Shown in pieces: positions 34,180 to 42,448 of a stretch of DNA of 45,067 nucleotides; positions within the stretch are counted from its first letter, which is position 1; each line of letters starts with the position of its first letter. The notes under the pieces were generated by a model. The model was not told where the DNA came from, did no database searches, and saw only the letters and a list, made by a program, of their open reading frames with translations. The translations under genes and the position numbers were made by a program. This stretch comes from Candidatus Methylacidiphilaceae bacterium UBA1321 (lineage in GTDB: Bacteria; Verrucomicrobiota; Verrucomicrobiia; Methylacidiphilales; UBA1321): assembly GCA_002306945.1 (NCBI GenBank), contig DBTH01000079.1, positions 476 to 45,542 of the forward strand. Reading direction: 5' to 3'.

Positions 34180-35952
34180 TTAGTTTGAGCTGGTTTTCAG
34201 GTTTTGGAGGCTTGTCAGGGTAGAGGAAGACTGGTTGTAAGCCGATTCCATGGTTGCGAAAGCCGAACGCATCCGCTCGATTTCCGAATCGACACGCGCC
34301 TGCATTTGCTTGATCTGGTCGGCCAGTGTTTTCTGTTGCTGGGTAATGTTCTGTTCTCTTAAGGTTATCGACCCATTGAGGCTACTATTATAGGAATCAA
34401 TTTTGTCGCCCAGTTTGGAGACGATGCCCTTGCCGTAGGTGGTGAACAAATCGACGACATCCTGCAGGTGGTTGGTCAGGGCGTTCTTGAGCTTGGTGGA
34501 ATCGACCGAGGTGACGGTGTTGTCGCTGCTATTGGTATCAATCCCCAGGTCGGAGAGCATCTTGACGCTGCTATTGGTACTGACGACGACGTTGAAGACG
34601 CTTCGCAGGTCGCTGGGCAGGAAGCTGACGGTCGATGCACCCGCCAGGAGTCCCGCCGTGACGTCGGAACTGGTGCTGGAACTGGAGGTATCGATCTTGG
34701 TGTAGCTGGAAATGAGGTTCTGTGTCGAATTGTATTGGGAGACGAAGTCGTTGATGGCCGTGGCGATCTTGTCGGTGTCGGGCGTAACGTTCAGGGTGGT
34801 CGAACCGGTCGCGAGGGCGGTAATGGTTAATCCCTTGATGCCGGTCTCAGCCTCGGTGAGGGAATCGTCATTGCTGGTGCGGACGGTGCTGTCGCTGCCA
34901 ACGGTGAATAGCGTAGTCTTGCCGATGGTGCTCGTGCTGTCGCTGGAAGTCAGGCGCAGGGCGGTGCCAATGTTGCTGGTGCCGTCGGCGACGGTGATGC
35001 TTTGCGCACCCCGCGAGGACGATGTCAGGGTAAGCCGGTCAGTGTAATTGTCGTAAGTGGCCACCACGCCGGCGCTGCTGGCATTGATCTTGGAAATGAG
35101 CGACGTCAGGGTATCCGTGCTGGAATAAGTGACTGAAACGCCGTTGATGGTGAAGTTTCCCGCAGTCGGAGTTGTGCTCAATCCCGCCGAGGAAAGGGTG
35201 GCGGTGGAGCTGAGGCGGCCCACGCCAACAGTCGATGTCACCGTCGTAGAACCGGTGTTGAATAATTGCGCCTGGGTGAGGAAATTACTTGTGTCGGCCC
35301 CCGATCCCAGAACGATGGTGGAATTGGTGTTGGACGTGAGGCTGAACTTGCCCGTCGAGGAATCGTATGTGGCGGTCACTCCGGCGCTGGAATTGTTGAT
35401 CTTGCCGATGACCGAACTGGTCGAGGTGGAATTGCCGTCGTCAAGGGTCTCGCTGCCGGTCAGTGTGATGGTGGCCCCGTTGATGGTGAATGTCTTGTTG
35501 GAGACGCTCATGCCGCTGATGCTCGAAATAGTCGTCGAACCCGAAGGCACGGCGGTGATTTTGCCGTTGGTGCTGGTGCCACTCTGTAAAGCGCTATTGG
35601 TGGCGACCTGGGTGATATTGACCGTATAGCTGCCGGACACTGCGGAAGTGTCATCGACGGTGGCGGTGGCAACGGTCGATGTGGACGAAGCGGCCGTCTT
35701 GGATTTGTAGAGCGACGGGTCGTTGAGCGCGGTCAGCTTGGTCTTGAGATTGGTCAGGCTTGAGGAAATGAAATGGTAGGCGTCGGTCTCGCTGGTGAGG
35801 GTCGCCGACTGGGACTCCAGGGAATTGATCGGAATCTCGTCGGCTGCCTTGAGCTTGGTGAGAATATTCTCAGTGTCCATTCCACTGAAAAAACCACTCA
35901 GTGTAACGGTTCCAGTACTACTGGTGCCTGTTGAAGACGTCGTTGTGCTCAT
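34180..35952 (-). CDS. fliD: flagellar filament capping protein FliD (hook-associated protein 2)
   Basis: N-terminal FliD domain (LSGFFSGMDTENILTKLKAADEIPINSLESQ), an internally duplicated FTING..IxKIN.SSAGV.ATYD units, and a C-terminal coiled coil (QQQKTLADQIKQMQARVDSEIERMRSAF). The ATG at 35952 is preferred because the sigma-28 promoter match lies between it and the GTG at 36009. Confidence 0.85.
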   Translation of the reverse strand: MSTTTSSTGTSSTGTVTLSGFFSGMDTENILTKLKAADEIPINSLESQSATLTSETDAYHFISSSLTNLKTKLTALNDPSLYKSKTAASSTSTVATATVDDTSAVSGSYTVNITQVATNSALQSGTSTNGKITAVPSGSTTISSISGMSVSNKTFTINGATITLTGSETLDDGNSTSTSSVIGKINNSSAGVTATYDSSTGKFSLTSNTNSTIVLGSGADTSNFLTQAQLFNTGSTTVTSTVGVGRLSSTATLSSAGLSTTPTAGNFTINGVSVTYSSTDTLTSLISKINASSAGVVATYDNYTDRLTLTSSSRGAQSITVADGTSNIGTALRLTSSDSTSTIGKTTLFTVGSDSTVRTSNDDSLTEAETGIKGLTITALATGSTTLNVTPDTDKIATAINDFVSQYNSTQNLISSYTKIDTSSSSTSSDVTAGLLAGASTVSFLPSDLRSVFNVVVSTNSSVKMLSDLGIDTNSSDNTVTSVDSTKLKNALTNHLQDVVDLFTTYGKGIVSKLGDKIDSYNSSLNGSITLREQNITQQQKTLADQIKQMQARVDSEIERMRSAFATMESAYNQSSSTLTSLQNLKTSSN

Positions 35953-35978
35953 AAACGGTGCATGTTGGGCCAAGTCGT

Positions 35979-36005
35979 TTATCGACAAGGTTGACGAGCG
36001 CTTTA
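35979..36005 (-). promoter_or_regulatory. sigma-28 (FliA)-type promoter for fliD
   Basis: The minus strand reads TAAA-gcgctcgtcaacctt-GTCGATAA, versus the consensus TAAA-N15-GCCGATAA. The spacing is exactly 15 nt, there is one mismatch, and the -10 element ends 26 nt before the ATG. Confidence 0.55.
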
Positions 36006-36132
36006 GCACTCATTGCCAAACCCGGATCGACTCGTTTATAGGGAAACCTCTGCCCAGTTCTAACGCTGAAAATATAAACCGCTTACGGAATGCAGGTTGC
36101 GCACTCGAACGGATTGGAATTCCGTACAAGCT

Positions 36133-38481
36133 CTACTGCTCGGAAACATTTTGGCCCCCGGGATTTCGCCCCATCTCGGGCAACAAACTCGAATCCTTGA
36201 AATGGCCCGAAGTCAGTTCACCCATTTTTTCGGCCAGTTCGTGCAGGTTGAAAGGTTTGCGCAACACGGCACAGAAACCGTGGTCGCGGTAGTTGGCAAT
36301 GATCGGATTATCCGAGTAACCGCTGCACGCCACCGCTTTGATCTCCGGGTCAAGTTCGTGCATCGGGCCGATAACCCGGTCTCCGCCCATCCCTCCGGGA
36401 ATGGTCAGGTCGAGGCAAACTACGCTGAACGGATGGTTTTCCGCGAGCGCCTTCTGATGAAGATCAAGCGCCTCCTGGCCGTCCTGCGCCTCCTCAACTT
36501 CGTAGCCGAGCCGCATCAAGGTCCGGCGCATCACCTTGCGGATAGTCGCCTCGTCGTCCATGATCAACACCCGGCCGCTGCCGCGAACCCAGGCATGCGC
36601 CTCGATGACATGCTTCTTCACCTTCGCATGCGTCGCGGGAAGATAGACGCAGAAGGTGGCGCCTTCGCCGGGCGGCGAATCGATTGTCACTAATCCCTGG
36701 TGCCGTCGGCAAATCGAGTAGACAGCCGCCAAGCCCAAACCCGTGCCGGTTTCCTTCGTCGTAAAGTAAGGATCGAATATCTTGCCCAATATCTCCGGGG
36801 CAATACCCACCCCCTCATCGGTCACCGAAAAGCGGACATATTCACCCGGTGGCAACACATTGGCAAAGGGCTCGGTGAGAACCTCGTTCCAGGCCCGGAC
36901 ACGGAGAATGCCGCCCTGGGGCATCGCTTCCCGGCCGTTGATGACCAGATTGTCGATGACCTGGCTGATCTGGTTCTCGTCGACGCGGGCGGGCCAGAGG
37001 TCTTCCTGAAAATCAAATTCCATTTTCACCTTGGAACCGCGCAGATTGAAGCTGACCGTCTTGCGCAGTAATTCACCGATGTCGCAAACGCTCTTGAGCG
37101 GTTCACCCCCCTTGGAAAAGGTCAACAGTTGATGCGAGAGATCGGCCGCGCGGCGGGTCGCCGCCTCCGCTTCGGAGAGAAATTCCACCTTATTGTCTCC
37201 GGCGGACAATTGTGTCTTGGCCAGCGCAATGTTGCCGCCGATGGTCATCAGGATGTTATTGAAATCGTGTGCGATGCCGCCCGCCAGAAGGCCGAGCGAT
37301 TCAAGTTTGGCCGAGCGCAACATCTCCCGCTCCTGCTTGTGCCGGTCGGTCAGATCACGCTCGATGGCAATGTAATGGGTGATGTTGTTACCGGCGTCCC
37401 GCACCGGAGAAACCTGAATATCGACCTCGTAGGAGGAGCCATCCTTGCGGTAGTTGACGCCCTCGGCGCGGAACGGCAATCCGTTGCGCAAGGTCTCTTT
37501 CATCCGCCGCAACAACTCCGGATCGGTCCGCTCTCCTTGCAAAATTCGCGGCGTGCGGCCAATGACTTCCTCGGCGGTGTAGCCGTTTTGCTGAGTGAAC
37601 GCCTCGTTGACGAAAATAATTCGCGGGCCTGGCGGGTCGAGTTCGGCATCGGTAATGACAACCACTTCGTTGATGCTGCGGATCGCCTCGCCCAGAACGC
37701 GCAACTCGTCGTTGGTTCGTTTCTGGTCGGTGATGTCGACACAGGAACCGACGTAGCCGATGCAGGTGTTGCCGTCGACTCCGTAAGGGCGGCCCGTCTC
37801 CAATATCCAGCGGAACTCGCCGTCGTGGCGCAGGAGCCGGTATTCGATTTCAAAATTCGCCAGGTTGGTAAATTTATTCTGGTGTAACGCGCGGCAAAGC
37901 TCCACGTCGTCGGGATGCACGCCTTCGAGCCAACCCTCTCCCATTTCGTGTCCCATGTCGTAACCGCGGAAATCGAGCCAGGTGTCATTGAAGAAATCGT
38001 GCTGCACTTCCGGTTTGGACATCCAGAGCATCACCGGCGCGCTGTTGGCCATGCTGCGGAAACGCTCCTCGCTCTCGCGCATCGCATCCTCCATCGCATG
38101 CCGCTGGCGCATGAGCTGCACCTGCTGGTTGGCCACCAGAAGACGTATCTTGAGCAGACTGAAATCGAGCGGCTTGGCAATGTAATCGTTCGCGCCGGAA
38201 CTGAGCACCTCGTGCAAATCCTGCGCCTTGTCCTTGGCCGTCGCCATCAGAACATACGGACGATCCCCCTGCGGTTGGTAGCGAAGCCAGCGGCAAAAAT
38301 CGAGCCCGCTCATGCCCGGTAATAGCCAGTCCAGGATGACAATGTCAGCTCCTTCGCGAGTGTAAATCTCCTGGGCTTCCTCGGCGGAAGTCACCGTCTT
38401 GGGCTGATGACCACAGGCCTTGAGAATCTCGCCTATAATAAGCTGAGTCGCGTAGTCATCCTCTACTACCAGTGCTTTCAT
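36133..38481 (-). CDS. hybrid sensor histidine kinase / response regulator (REC-PAS-PAS-HisKA-HATPase-REC)
   Basis: N-terminal receiver (KALVVEDD...DIVILDWLLPGMSG), two PAS domains, the H-box GIAHDFNNIL, ATPase N/G boxes (DNLVINGREAM, DEGVGI, GTGLGLA) and a C-terminal receiver (VLIMDDE...CLDLTIPGGMGG). No TM segments, so it is cytoplasmic. Confidence 0.9.
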   Translation of the reverse strand: MKALVVEDDYATQLIIGEILKACGHQPKTVTSAEEAQEIYTREGADIVILDWLLPGMSGLDFCRWLRYQPQGDRPYVLMATAKDKAQDLHEVLSSGANDYIAKPLDFSLLKIRLLVANQQVQLMRQRHAMEDAMRESEERFRSMANSAPVMLWMSKPEVQHDFFNDTWLDFRGYDMGHEMGEGWLEGVHPDDVELCRALHQNKFTNLANFEIEYRLLRHDGEFRWILETGRPYGVDGNTCIGYVGSCVDITDQKRTNDELRVLGEAIRSINEVVVITDAELDPPGPRIIFVNEAFTQQNGYTAEEVIGRTPRILQGERTDPELLRRMKETLRNGLPFRAEGVNYRKDGSSYEVDIQVSPVRDAGNNITHYIAIERDLTDRHKQEREMLRSAKLESLGLLAGGIAHDFNNILMTIGGNIALAKTQLSAGDNKVEFLSEAEAATRRAADLSHQLLTFSKGGEPLKSVCDIGELLRKTVSFNLRGSKVKMEFDFQEDLWPARVDENQISQVIDNLVINGREAMPQGGILRVRAWNEVLTEPFANVLPPGEYVRFSVTDEGVGIAPEILGKIFDPYFTTKETGTGLGLAAVYSICRRHQGLVTIDSPPGEGATFCVYLPATHAKVKKHVIEAHAWVRGSGRVLIMDDEATIRKVMRRTLMRLGYEVEEAQDGQEALDLHQKALAENHPFSVVCLDLTIPGGMGGDRVIGPMHELDPEIKAVACSGYSDNPIIANYRDHGFCAVLRKPFNLHELAEKMGELTSGHFKDSSLLPEMGRNPGGQNVSEQ

Positions 38482-38751
38482 AATTTATGTCCACCTGCAT
38501 CCATGCAGGGTTCACCCAACTGTGTGTGGTTGCGTTATTCTCTCTTCGGCAACGCCAGCCCCTCCTTTAACCCGAACATGACGCCAGGCATACGTTTCGC
38601 TAATGACACAGTTCCCGGGAAGGGATCGAAACGAAACCGGCGGATGCATTTTTTGCCCATTGGCAGTGGCGATAAAAATCCAGTAACGCTCACGCCGGAA
38701 CCGGACATCCTCTCCCGCTTCGCGTAACGCGGGTGCAGGGCCGATTGCCTC

Positions 38752-38800
38752 TGCAAAAAAAGAGGCGGAGTGAATTCGCGCACTTCATTCACTCCGCCTC
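38752..38800 (-). terminator. rho-independent terminator after the HDOD gene
   Basis: gaggcggagtgaat-N11-attcactccgcctc forms a perfect 14-bp stem and is followed on the minus strand by TTTTTTT. A second perfect 11-bp hairpin (cctcccccctc-acaa-gaggggggagg, 38813-38838) lies just upstream. Confidence 0.75.
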
Positions 38801-38859
38801 GCCGACAACAACCCTCCCCCCTCACAAGAGGGGGGAGGAGGAGACGCTTTCGCGCCCCC

Positions 38860-39756
38860 CTACCAAGTCACGGACATAAACAACTCAATGCCGCGTGACT
38901 CGTCCTTTACACGACCGATGACCTCCTCAATGGCCGCGATGTCGAGGCCAAGGTAATCGAGCGAGTAAGGCTTAAGCATGTTTTTAAATTCTTCTTCGTC
39001 CCACACGTTATGATCCGAACACCGCGCACACGCGCTGGCCACATGGATGAGCTTGGCCACACCGTGGGGGTCAAGTTCCGGATCGTTGTGATAACGCACC
39101 GCGCTGACGATTTCGTCAGGAAAGAACCAGCGTTCCAATAGAAGGCCGCCGATCTCCGCGTGGTCCGCGCCAAGCACCAGCAATTCCGCATCCGACCAGC
39201 CCAGACCTTCCTGTTCCATGGCCATGCGGATCTTACCCACCTCACGGCGGGTCGTCACGTTGAGGACGCTCTTGCCGATGTCGTGCAGCAGGCCCGACAC
39301 GTAGGCGGTGTTGGTATCGAATTTCTTCTTGGTGCACATCGGCGCCAGGATCTTGGCGGCGAGGGCCGACTTGATCGAGTGCCGCCACAAGTCCACCGGG
39401 TCCACCCCGTAATCGCTCAGCGATACGAGGGACAGTTGCCCGAAGGTGATCGCCATCACCTTTTCCTGGATCAGATTGTATCCAAGCCGCAACACCGCAT
39501 CCTCCAGCGTCCCGATGGGTTCCTCCCCATGGAAACTGGCGCTGTTGCTCAGGCGCAGAATCTGCGCCGTCAGATCGGGATCGTGGCGGATCACATCCAC
39601 CACGTCCGAGTTCATCAAATTGCGGTTCTTCAACATGAAGAACAGCTTGAAAGCCACCGGCGGTGACGGAGGCATCGTCCGCAAGTTGCTGACGATTTCC
39701 TCCGCAACCGACATCCGGGTCATCGGCTTAATCTGATCGAGTGCATCCGTGATCAT
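38860..39756 (-). CDS. HDOD-domain signalling protein
   Basis: 298 aa with HDOD blocks (MPPSPPVAFKLFFMLKN...VVDVIRHDPDLTAQILRLSNSASF, GLLHDIGK, HAEIGGLLLERW). Confidence 0.85.
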   Translation of the reverse strand: MITDALDQIKPMTRMSVAEEIVSNLRTMPPSPPVAFKLFFMLKNRNLMNSDVVDVIRHDPDLTAQILRLSNSASFHGEEPIGTLEDAVLRLGYNLIQEKVMAITFGQLSLVSLSDYGVDPVDLWRHSIKSALAAKILAPMCTKKKFDTNTAYVSGLLHDIGKSVLNVTTRREVGKIRMAMEQEGLGWSDAELLVLGADHAEIGGLLLERWFFPDEIVSAVRYHNDPELDPHGVAKLIHVASACARCSDHNVWDEEEFKNMLKPYSLDYLGLDIAAIEEVIGRVKDESRGIELFMSVTW

Positions 39757-39806
39757 CTATTTTTCCCAGTGATCAAATATTTCGTTGTACCGAATTTTTC
39801 CGCCTC

Positions 39807-40331
39807 CTATCGGGCGGCCACATCACGACCCGTCGTGCCGTAGGGCACATACACCACGCGCTGGCGCGGGCGGGACAGATCGGCATATTGGCCGACATTG
39901 GCTGGGTTGGTGTACACCGCGTACAATTTTACGGTCTCGGCGCGGGAGAAATAGTTCGCCCACTGGGCCGGATCTTTGCCGCTGAGCCAAACGGGCTTGG
40001 TGGCACGCTGATCCATTCCCCAATAGCGTCCGTGGCTGTCGCGATAAACCACCATCGCGTGACGGTCGCTCATATGGTCTTCATTTCTCCAGTCGAACAC
40101 GACCAGGTAGGCTTCGCCGCCTGCGCGGGTGATCCGGCTGTAGAGTTCCTTGGCGTAAGGCGCGCAGGTTGTCCAGCCGCCTTTGCCGGGGATGTCCAGA
40201 GCCAGCGCGATATCCCAGCTATCGTCGCCGGCCCTGGACTGGGTGGGAGACATCATTAACGCTGCGCCGAATAAAGCGGCAGCAGCCCAACAGGCTTTCT
40301 TTACCCCTGAGGAGGTCATTTGAGTTTTCAT
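39807..40331 (-). CDS. secreted hypothetical protein
   Basis: Signal peptide KKACWAAAALFGAALMMSPTQSRA. The mature ~140 aa have an ordered Cys...His...Asp pattern (WTTCAPYAKELY ... RHAMVVYRDSHG..GMD). No family assigned. Confidence 0.55.
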   Translation of the reverse strand: MKTQMTSSGVKKACWAAAALFGAALMMSPTQSRAGDDSWDIALALDIPGKGGWTTCAPYAKELYSRITRAGGEAYLVVFDWRNEDHMSDRHAMVVYRDSHGRYWGMDQRATKPVWLSGKDPAQWANYFSRAETVKLYAVYTNPANVGQYADLSRPRQRVVYVPYGTTGRDVAAR

Positions 40332-40984
40332 ACCCAGACTATCGTCGGCGAATACGAAAAGAACGGCGTCCGGCCTAAACTCAAAAAACGCTTATTTCCA
40401 GTTTTTATAAAAAATCATAACATGCTAATTTTTAATTATTTATAAAAACACTAATAACGCCATCATCTCCCCTCAAAACACCTTCCGGCGGCACGTTTGG
40501 AACTCTCTTTTCGACGACTTTTTTGCCGCCGATTTTGCTCGTCCGGCAATTCCTCTCCGGGTCAAAAACGGCAAAAAAGGTGTAAATACAAGCCGCTCCC
40601 TGTGTGAATTATTTTCCGATTTTGACCCGATTGGAGGCTTTCGGAAAAAAGTAACGCGAGATTTCTTCCCACGCTTTGGAGCGATCACCCGATTTCGGCA
40701 AAAAATCCCCTACCCTCCCGGAACAGGCCGATTTTGGGCTATTATGAAGAAAAATTCGCCAAAGCTACGTGATTTTAAACCCAGTAAACGCTAGAGCAGC
40801 AACTGAACATCCTCTGTCGCTTTGCGTCAGTCCGGTCTCCGCATGACCTGTGCAACAGGGTCATGCTCTCTATTGTGAGTGCGGGGCCATTTGGCCCTGC
40901 CAGCATGATGCTGGATCCAGTTACGCGAAGCGGTAGAGGGTATTCAGTTCCAGCGCCAGCATTACTGGATGCAACGTCACGTTG

Positions 40985-42433
40985 CTATTTCTGGACGAAC
41001 TGCACGAGCAGTTCCAAGCCTTGAGGCCAGAAGCCGAACAGAATCGTCACTGCGGTCAGAACCAGCAGGAGAGCCTTCGTGCAGAAAGCAGCCGGAACGG
41101 GCGTATTGTCGAGCGGTTCGGACCAGAACATCGCTTTGACCACACCCAGATAATAATAGAGACCCGCTACCGCTGTAATCACGCCAATAGCGAAGAGGCA
41201 ATAATAGCCCCGGCTCCAGGCGGCCGCGAAGATGGAGAGTTTGGCGATAAAGCCAACAGTCGGAGGAATACCCCCCAGCGAAACCAGCGCCACAGCCAGC
41301 GTTCCCGCCAAAACCGGCGAACGTTGCCAGAGTCCGGCGTACTGGTGAATCTGCTCGCCCTTGACCGTGCGGGAAACCACCGTGATGACGAGGAATGCAA
41401 CGAGATTGGCCAACAGGTAGCTGACGAGATAGATGAGCACCACGGCAATATTTGCCTGGGCGATGACGCCGATGAGCATGAAACCCGAATGACCGATGCT
41501 CGAATAAGCCAGCATGCGCTTGATGTCGCGTTGCGGGATGGCGGCGAGGTTACCGAGAATCATCGACAATCCGGCCAGCACGCCGAGAACCAATTCCCAG
41601 GTCGAGCTGAGTCCGCCAACCGCGAAGGCGATGTAAAGAACTCGCATCAGCAGGACGAAACCGGCCGCCTTGGAACCAACCGCCAGAAATGCCGTGATCG
41701 GTGTGGGTGCGCCCTGATAGACATCCGGCGCCCAGAAGTGGAACGGAACCGCCGCGACCTTGAAGCCGAGACCGACGATGACCAGAAGCAGGCCGAATTT
41801 CAACCCGGTCGAAACGCCGCCGTGAGCGATGGCCGTGTTGATTTCGCGGAAATGGGTGCTGCCAGTGATGCCGAAAACGTAGGCGATACCCATAACGAGA
41901 AATGCCGACGAAAGCGCGCCAAGGATCAGGTATTTGACTCCCGCCTCAAGGGCGAAGGAATTCGAACGCTGATAGGCAACGAGAATGTAAAAGGAGATGG
42001 TCACCAATTCGAGCGCGACGAACAACACCATGAAATCGGTGACTGAGGCCAGCAGACAGAGGCCCGCGGTGGTTAAGAGCGGGAAGATAAAGAATTCCCC
42101 GCGAGCGGGAAGGGATTCCTCGTCGGCCGCGATGCTCATCCAGGTGACAATCGCCGCGGTGGCAATGAAGAAAACCTTGAAGAACTTCGCCGCATAGTCC
42201 CAGGCGTAGAGATTGCTCCAGTAGTAGGCGAAATAGACGTTGCTGCCCTCGGCACGGGTGACCGGAATCCAGAGGGTAATGAGCGCCGTCAGAATCAGAC
42301 CGCCAAGTGTGATGAAGCCCACCAGACGCGGACACGGTTTGCTGAACGCCTCCCACAAAAGGAGTCCCGCCGCAAAAACGGTCAGCAGGATTTCCGGGGC
42401 GATCCAAAGAATTTCAGGGGCGGTAGCAGGCAT
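40985..42433 (-). CDS. nuoN: NADH-quinone oxidoreductase subunit N
   Basis: 482 aa, about 14 TM helices, antiporter-like subunit pattern, last gene in the nuoL-M-N order. Confidence 0.9.
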   Translation of the reverse strand: MPATAPEILWIAPEILLTVFAAGLLLWEAFSKPCPRLVGFITLGGLILTALITLWIPVTRAEGSNVYFAYYWSNLYAWDYAAKFFKVFFIATAAIVTWMSIAADEESLPARGEFFIFPLLTTAGLCLLASVTDFMVLFVALELVTISFYILVAYQRSNSFALEAGVKYLILGALSSAFLVMGIAYVFGITGSTHFREINTAIAHGGVSTGLKFGLLLVIVGLGFKVAAVPFHFWAPDVYQGAPTPITAFLAVGSKAAGFVLLMRVLYIAFAVGGLSSTWELVLGVLAGLSMILGNLAAIPQRDIKRMLAYSSIGHSGFMLIGVIAQANIAVVLIYLVSYLLANLVAFLVITVVSRTVKGEQIHQYAGLWQRSPVLAGTLAVALVSLGGIPPTVGFIAKLSIFAAAWSRGYYCLFAIGVITAVAGLYYYLGVVKAMFWSEPLDNTPVPAAFCTKALLLVLTAVTILFGFWPQGLELLVQFVQK

Positions 42434-42448
42434 AGTCGTGTGCGTCGG

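Noticed and set aside
35953-36009. A GTG-initiated N-terminal extension of fliD (MLKRSSTLSINDLAQHAPF).
   Set aside because: The sigma-28 promoter match lies within it, and the ATG at 35952 begins directly before the conserved FliD N-terminal domain.
38491-38509. A hairpin (cctgca-tcca-tgcagg) overlapping the SD-like AGGTGG upstream of the hybrid kinase ATG, considered as a translational switch.
   Set aside because: The stem is only 6 bp, it overlaps the SD by 3 nt, and I see no alternative pairing partner. This is not enough to call a riboswitch or thermosensor.
40528-40736. GCCGAT cores that resemble sigma-28 -10 elements (GCCGATAA).
   Set aside because: The cores read GCCGATTT, no TAAA lies 15 nt upstream of any copy, and there is no plus-strand gene downstream. 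They are reported only as a repeated motif.
40744-40794. A 16-aa ORF (MKKNSPKLRDFKPSKR) in the nuoN-downstream gap.
   Set aside because: It has no RBS and no features beyond being open, so it is indistinguishable from chance.
40795-40980. A tRNA, tmRNA, 6S or other known ncRNA in the hairpin-rich segment.
   Set aside because: There is no T-loop (GTTCGAAT-like) or cloverleaf arrangement on either strand. I cannot match a known family by eye, so an Infernal scan is needed.
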